The notes under the pieces: generated by a model
Databases searched by the model: none
Told to the model about the DNA's origin: nothing
The model's input: the letters and a program-made list of their open reading frames with translations, nothing else
Assembly (NCBI GenBank): GCA_963813155.1
Contig: CAWEYG010000001.1
Coordinates: 608,001 to 672,000, forward strand
DNA length: 64,000 nt
Source of the DNA: an uncultured Acidobacteriota bacterium
GTDB taxonomy: Bacteria > Acidobacteriota > Thermoanaerobaculia > UBA5066 > DATFVB01
Direction of reading: 5' to 3'
Program-made: the position numbers and the translations under genes
Shown here: piece after piece, positions 59,865-64,000 of the stretch
Layout of the letters: each line of letters starts with the position of its first letter
Position numbering within the stretch: position 1 is the stretch's first letter

Positions 59865-60998
59865 TTAGAAGGAGAACAGGCAGTGCAGCGCGTACGCCTT
59901 GTTCGTCACGTTGCTCGCCGATTGCAAGGCCTTGTCGAACTTCACCTCGGTGTAGTCCGCCATCAGCGCCGAGGAGACGCCCTTGAGAACCGGGAACCAG
60001 TAGGCCACGCCCAAGATCGTGCGCTTTTTCTTTGCATCGCCGACCACGGCGTTCTTGTTCGGCTCGAGCGAGTCGTAGCGGAACAGACCTTCCAGTCCGA
60101 ACTCCGTCCGCGGAGTCACCCATCCCGACCAGCCCTGGGCATGGACCTCGGCTGCGGTCGGGGTCGTCTGGTTCTTCGCGTCGAGCCACTCGAAGCCCGC
60201 GTTGACGTACTTGTGCTCGAACGTCGCATTGAGGACGTACCGACGCTTCTTGGCGTGATCCGCGAAGTTGTCGCCGTCGTAGAAAGCGGTCAGCCGCAGA
60301 CCTTTCACGACGTCGACGCCCGGCGCCGGCCGAATCGAAACGCGGCCCTGGAAGCCCTTCTGATCGTTTCCGCCGTTGGAGTCCGCGAGGCTGTTGTAGC
60401 CCTCTCCGTTGTACACGCCGACGTGAAGGTCGCCGTAATTCGAGGGCAGGTTGTAGTGGCCGGAAATTCCGTAGTCCGAAGAGGTCAGAAATCCCTCCGC
60501 GTCCGTAAAGACTTTCCCCTGAAAGCGGTAGCGGTAGATGCCCTCTTCATAATCGATCCAGGGAGTCTGATTGGCGCCGATTCGCAGCCAAGCTCCTTTG
60601 CCCGCCCACTCGTCGAAGTTCACCTGGCCGTACGCGTACTTGAGACGGAAGACGTTGGAACCGTTCAGCGAGGAGTCCGTCGTGTTGTTGTCGGGCTGCA
60701 CGTCCGCCGTCACGCGAAAGGCGATCATGTGCGAGATGCTCCCGGCGATCGTCATGTACGCCCGGCTGACGTTGAAAGAGCTCTTGTTGATCGTGTGATG
60801 GTTCGTGTCGGAGACCGTGGGCGTGTCCTGGTAGGTGTAGTCCGTGAAGATCGTGACACCCGGCCGGACGGTCGGCGTGTCGTCCACCGGCTCGTAGGCC
60901 TGCGCGGGAGTGACCTGCGCCGACGCCAGCCCGGCCCCGAGGATCATTGCGGCAATACCCGCCGCCGACAAGAGAAGTTTCCCTGCGTTGAGTCTCAT
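59865..60998 (-). CDS. Outer-membrane porin-like protein (probably phosphate-selective)
   Basis: Signal peptide, beta-strand pattern, RLKYAY, C-terminal Phe; first gene of the pst operon. Confidence 0.75.
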   Translation of the reverse strand: MRLNAGKLLLSAAGIAAMILGAGLASAQVTPAQAYEPVDDTPTVRPGVTIFTDYTYQDTPTVSDTNHHTINKSSFNVSRAYMTIAGSISHMIAFRVTADVQPDNNTTDSSLNGSNVFRLKYAYGQVNFDEWAGKGAWLRIGANQTPWIDYEEGIYRYRFQGKVFTDAEGFLTSSDYGISGHYNLPSNYGDLHVGVYNGEGYNSLADSNGGNDQKGFQGRVSIRPAPGVDVVKGLRLTAFYDGDNFADHAKKRRYVLNATFEHKYVNAGFEWLDAKNQTTPTAAEVHAQGWSGWVTPRTEFGLEGLFRYDSLEPNKNAVVGDAKKKRTILGVAYWFPVLKGVSSALMADYTEVKFDKALQSASNVTNKAYALHCLFSF

Positions 60999-61064
60999 TG
61001 AAATCTCTCCTCCTTTTTGCGGGCCCAAGCTACGGCCCGGGAGTTCGCGGAAAACGAAGACGAT

Positions 61065-61109
61065 GTAAATTCGGTTTAAAGAGTCGTTTCGAATTTACCC
61101 GGAATTCAC
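61065..61109. promoter_or_regulatory. Back-to-back Pho-box-like direct repeats
   Basis: Minus strand TTTAA-N6-TTTAC (61065..61080) and plus strand TTTAC-N6-TTCAC (61094..61109), both with an 11-nt period. Confidence 0.55.
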
Positions 61110-61156
61110 GGTCCGCCTCGGTCGTTCTGAGATCTTTGCGCGTCTGAGGTGAATCC

Positions 61157-62320
61157 ATGCACGGTTCCACTGTCGAGCGTTTTTCTCTTCCCGCGGCAGG
61201 CCCGAAGGACGCGTTCCGGGCGGCCGAGCTCCTCCTGAGCGACCTGTCGTTTCGCAACGAGCTCGCGGACCTGCGCGAGGCGGCCGGAAGGATTTGCGGC
61301 GCCTTCCCGGGCGACGGTTCGCCGGGAGCGGCGATCTACTTGAAGGACGGATATTCGTTCCGCCGTCTCGACGAGGTCGGGGCGGCCGACTCGCCGGCCG
61401 TTCTCGGCCCCGAGGAAAGCGAGCAGGTTCGCAACGACGTTTCCGCCTACGGATTCGGCCGGGCCTCGGCCGCCATATGGAACGTCGGGGGACGGCGCGA
61501 ATGGGTCGTCTCCTGGCACTTCTCGCGCGCTTTCTCGAACGAGGAGGTCATCTCGCTCGAAGCCGTCCGGCTCGCGTTGAACCAGCGGCTCCTCGAATCG
61601 AGCTTCACGGGAATCCTCCAACAGGCGGCCGCGATCCAGAGGAGCCTCCTGCCCGATCCTCTCCCCTTTCTCCCGGGGTTCGATCTCGCCGCCCGATCGG
61701 TCCCGGCCGAATCGGTCGGGGGAGACGCCTACGACGCCCTCGAGCTCGGCCACGACACCCTGGCTTTCGCCGTCGCCGACGCTTCGGGCCACGGACTTCC
61801 GGCGGCCCTCGAGGCGCGAGACGTCGTCGTCGGGCTCCGAATGGGGGCCGCGCGCCACATGAAGATCGGCGCCACGGTCGAGAAGCTGAACGGAATCCTC
61901 TGCCGGTCCACTCTCTCGTCGCGGTTCGTCTCGCTCGTCTACGGAGAGCTCGAGCTGGACGGCCGATTCCAGTTCGTGAACGCGGGCCACCCCCACCCGA
62001 TTCTCGTCAACCCCGGCTCGACGACCGTCTTTCCGGAGACGGGGATGGTCCTCGGGGTCGAGCCCGGGGTCCGCCATCGGCTTCAGCACGGCGAGATCGC
62101 CTCCGGCGGTGCGCTCGTGATCGTGACGGACGGTATCCTCGAGTGCTCTTCGCCGGACGGCGAGGAATTCGGAGCGGAGAGGGTCGCGTCCCTCGCCCGC
62201 GCCCTCGCGGGCCGGCCCGCCGCGTGGATCGTCGGCGCGCTGTTCGAAGCGCTCGAGAACCACAGCCGGGAAAGGTCGCTCTCCGACGACGCGACCGTGC
62301 TCGTGATTCGCCGGGAATGA
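61157..62320 (+). CDS. PP2C/SpoIIE-family protein phosphatase
   Basis: IQRSLLP, VGGDAYD, ADASGHG, NAGHP, TDG and DDAT. Confidence 0.92.
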   Translation: MHGSTVERFSLPAAGPKDAFRAAELLLSDLSFRNELADLREAAGRICGAFPGDGSPGAAIYLKDGYSFRRLDEVGAADSPAVLGPEESEQVRNDVSAYGFGRASAAIWNVGGRREWVVSWHFSRAFSNEEVISLEAVRLALNQRLLESSFTGILQQAAAIQRSLLPDPLPFLPGFDLAARSVPAESVGGDAYDALELGHDTLAFAVADASGHGLPAALEARDVVVGLRMGAARHMKIGATVEKLNGILCRSTLSSRFVSLVYGELELDGRFQFVNAGHPHPILVNPGSTTVFPETGMVLGVEPGVRHRLQHGEIASGGALVIVTDGILECSSPDGEEFGAERVASLARALAGRPAAWIVGALFEALENHSRERSLSDDATVLVIRRE

Positions 62321-62346
62321 GCCGGATTCTCGGCGATCCGTCGGAC

Positions 62347-62373
62347 CTCACGCAGTCTTTACAACGGTTTCAT
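62347..62373 (+). promoter_or_regulatory. Pho-box-like triple repeat upstream of the SMR gene
   Basis: CTCAC / TTTAC / TTCAT at 62347, 62358 and 62369 (11-nt period). Confidence 0.45.
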
Positions 62374-62408
62374 CGGAACCGCCGAATTGCCGAAGGAGAA
62401 TCGGCGAG

Positions 62409-62735
62409 ATGAAGTCGTGGGCTTTCCTGATCGTCTCGAGCCTGCTTCAGGTCGGCTGGCTCGTGAGCCTGCGGGCGACGCACGGGATGACCCGACTCGC
62501 GCCGCTCGCCCTCAACGCTCTGTTCGGCTTCACGTCGACCCTCCTTCTGTCCCTCTCGCTCGAGACCATCCCGATGAGCACCGCTTATGCGGCCTGGACG
62601 GGGTTCTCGATCATCGGCACGGTCATCGCCGACCTCCCCGCGCGCCCGTCGGCCATCCTCCCGAAAGCCGCCTGCATTTTCCTGATCCTCGCCGGCACGA
62701 CGGGGTTGAGGCTCTCCTTCCCCGTAAACCGCTGA
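62409..62735 (+). CDS. SMR (SugE/Gdx-like) small multidrug-resistance family protein
   Basis: Four TM helices; IPMSTAYAAWTG. Confidence 0.85.
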   Translation: MKSWAFLIVSSLLQVGWLVSLRATHGMTRLAPLALNALFGFTSTLLLSLSLETIPMSTAYAAWTGFSIIGTVIADLPARPSAILPKAACIFLILAGTTGLRLSFPVNR

Positions 62736-62760
62736 GCCGCGTCGAATTCTCGAGCGGGCG

Positions 62761-62798
62761 TTCACAAGGGATTCACGGAAACTTCTTCCGCCCTTGAC
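62761..62798 (+). promoter_or_regulatory. Pho-box-like repeats upstream of the DUF4388 gene
   Basis: TTCAC (62761), TTCAC (62772), TTCTT (62783) and TTGAC (62794): 11-nt period. Confidence 0.5.
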
Positions 62799-62834
62799 GC
62801 AGGCCGCTTCACGATCTCCCTCCGGAGGCAAACA

Positions 62835-63635
62835 ATGGCAGTCATGCAAGGAGACTTGTCGGAGTGTCCCGTTCCCGACCTGCTCCAGTTCTTTCAGGGC
62901 GCCCGCAAGCAGGGCCAGCTGCTGATCGAGAGCGCCGTGCTCCAGAAGCCGGCCGGCGTCTATTTCCATGACGGCCAGGTGATCCACGCGTATTGCCCTC
63001 CCAAGGAAGGGGTCTCCGCGATTTACCAGCTGCTCAAGTGGCGCGAGGGCAGGTTCGCCTTCCTCAAGGACATGGCCCCCGCACAGCGCACGATCCACAC
63101 CGATCTTCAGAACCTTCTTCTCGAGGGACTCCGGCAAATCGACGAGTTCAACCTCATCCGAGACCAGCTTCCTTCGCCTCCCACGGTCCTCTATCTCGAA
63201 CGCGACTCGGAGAAGACCGACGAGATCCGAATGACCCAGCCGGAGTGGAAGATGCTCTCGCTCGTCAACGGCCGGCGCACCCTGGGGCAGGTGATCGAAG
63301 TCTCGGGGCGCCCGGAAAACGACGCGGGCCGAATCCTTTACGGACTTCTGATCGCCGGCCTGATCACCGTGACTCACGACGACTTCTACCTGTCGGCGAT
63401 CGTGCCCGAGAAGATTCCCGCTGCCGCGGGCTCCAAGCGCCGTGCTCCTCCGCCGACGATCCTCGCGAGCCTGCTCTTGAACAAGATCGACGGCCGGAAA
63501 AACCTCAAGGAGATCCAGACGGAGCTGCGATGCACCGAGCGGGACCTCGTGGAGGAATTCCGACTCCTCATGCGGACCGAGTGGCTGAGGCTGTCGGCGG
63601 GGGAGGACGAATACAAGAGGTTTCTGGAAGGATGA
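62835..63635 (+). CDS. DUF4388 (PATAN-like) domain protein with C-terminal wHTH-like segments
   Basis: GDLSECPVPDLLQ...GQL...YFHDGQVIHA...WREGRFAF...LLLEGLRQIDE. Confidence 0.88.
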   Translation: MAVMQGDLSECPVPDLLQFFQGARKQGQLLIESAVLQKPAGVYFHDGQVIHAYCPPKEGVSAIYQLLKWREGRFAFLKDMAPAQRTIHTDLQNLLLEGLRQIDEFNLIRDQLPSPPTVLYLERDSEKTDEIRMTQPEWKMLSLVNGRRTLGQVIEVSGRPENDAGRILYGLLIAGLITVTHDDFYLSAIVPEKIPAAAGSKRRAPPPTILASLLLNKIDGRKNLKEIQTELRCTERDLVEEFRLLMRTEWLRLSAGEDEYKRFLEG

Positions 63636-64000
63636 ACCCCGCGAAGAAATACCTCTGCCTCTTCACATCGCCGGAGCTCCAGTCCGAGTCGTGCTTCCGG
63701 GAGGGCAAAGGATGGCAGGAAGCAACCGACGAAGGGCGAATCGAATTCGTTCCCCACGTCCTCGATGGAGACCTGTCTCTGCTGATTGCTTCCGGGCCTC
63801 TTCTCCGCTTCCACGTTCCTCGCCCGAGCGGCCGATCTCTCGGATGCTCACCTCGGAACGCTCCGGGAGGCCGCTCATGCATTCCAGCGCCCCGACTGCT
63901 CGGTGGAGCTGGTCGCCGCCGAACGCCCGATCGACTTCGTCGCCTGGCTCAGCGCCGCCGCTCCCGACCTGATGGACGTGTACCGCCAGGACGGCGAGGT
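63632..64000 (+). CDS. Hypothetical protein (truncated at the window end)
   Basis: ATGA overlap with the DUF4388 gene; the frame is open to the end. Confidence 0.5.
   Translation, partial: MNPAKKYLCLFTSPELQSESCFREGKGWQEATDEGRIEFVPHVLDGDLSLLIASGPLLRFHVPRPSGRSLGCSPRNAPGGRSCIPAPRLLGGAGRRRTPDRLRRLAQRRRSRPDGRVPPGRRG

Overview
High-GC bacterial chromosome segment. Gene content (GWxTD-like proteins, MqnE, CxxxY-type CcmE, this style of cox cluster) suggests Acidobacteriota, possibly Thermoanaerobaculia; this is an inference. Many genes carry single-base frameshifts, most likely sequencing or assembly indels. Contents, left to right: the edge of an island or prophage inserted at tRNA-Glu(CTC), with hicBA; a pilin/pseudopilin with a sigma-54-like promoter; an APC permease; a cytochrome c'-like gene; a two-component pair whose kinase has no sensor domain; moaDE; metabolic genes; mqnE; an A1-type cytochrome c oxidase cluster divergent from a ccm (System I*) cluster, with a Rex/CRP-like palindrome between them; a MacAB-like ABC exporter downstream of a MerR-type promoter; carbonic anhydrase, lpd, PLD and LivK; an acyl-CoA dehydrogenase operon; four tandem secreted GWxTD-like paralogs; GT4, rlmI and a TPR protein; a porin-pstSCAB-phoBR operon; and PP2C, SMR and DUF4388 genes with Pho-box-like repeats. 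Main observations: (1) the four-copy GWxTD-like array with exact 21-nt spacers and a variable central loop; (2) a ~116-bp hairpin repeat in three copies; (3) a second ~68-bp repeat, one copy of which lies in-frame inside ctaA; (4) a candidate extended Pho regulon; (5) unannotated microproteins; (6) frequent leaderless-type promoters.
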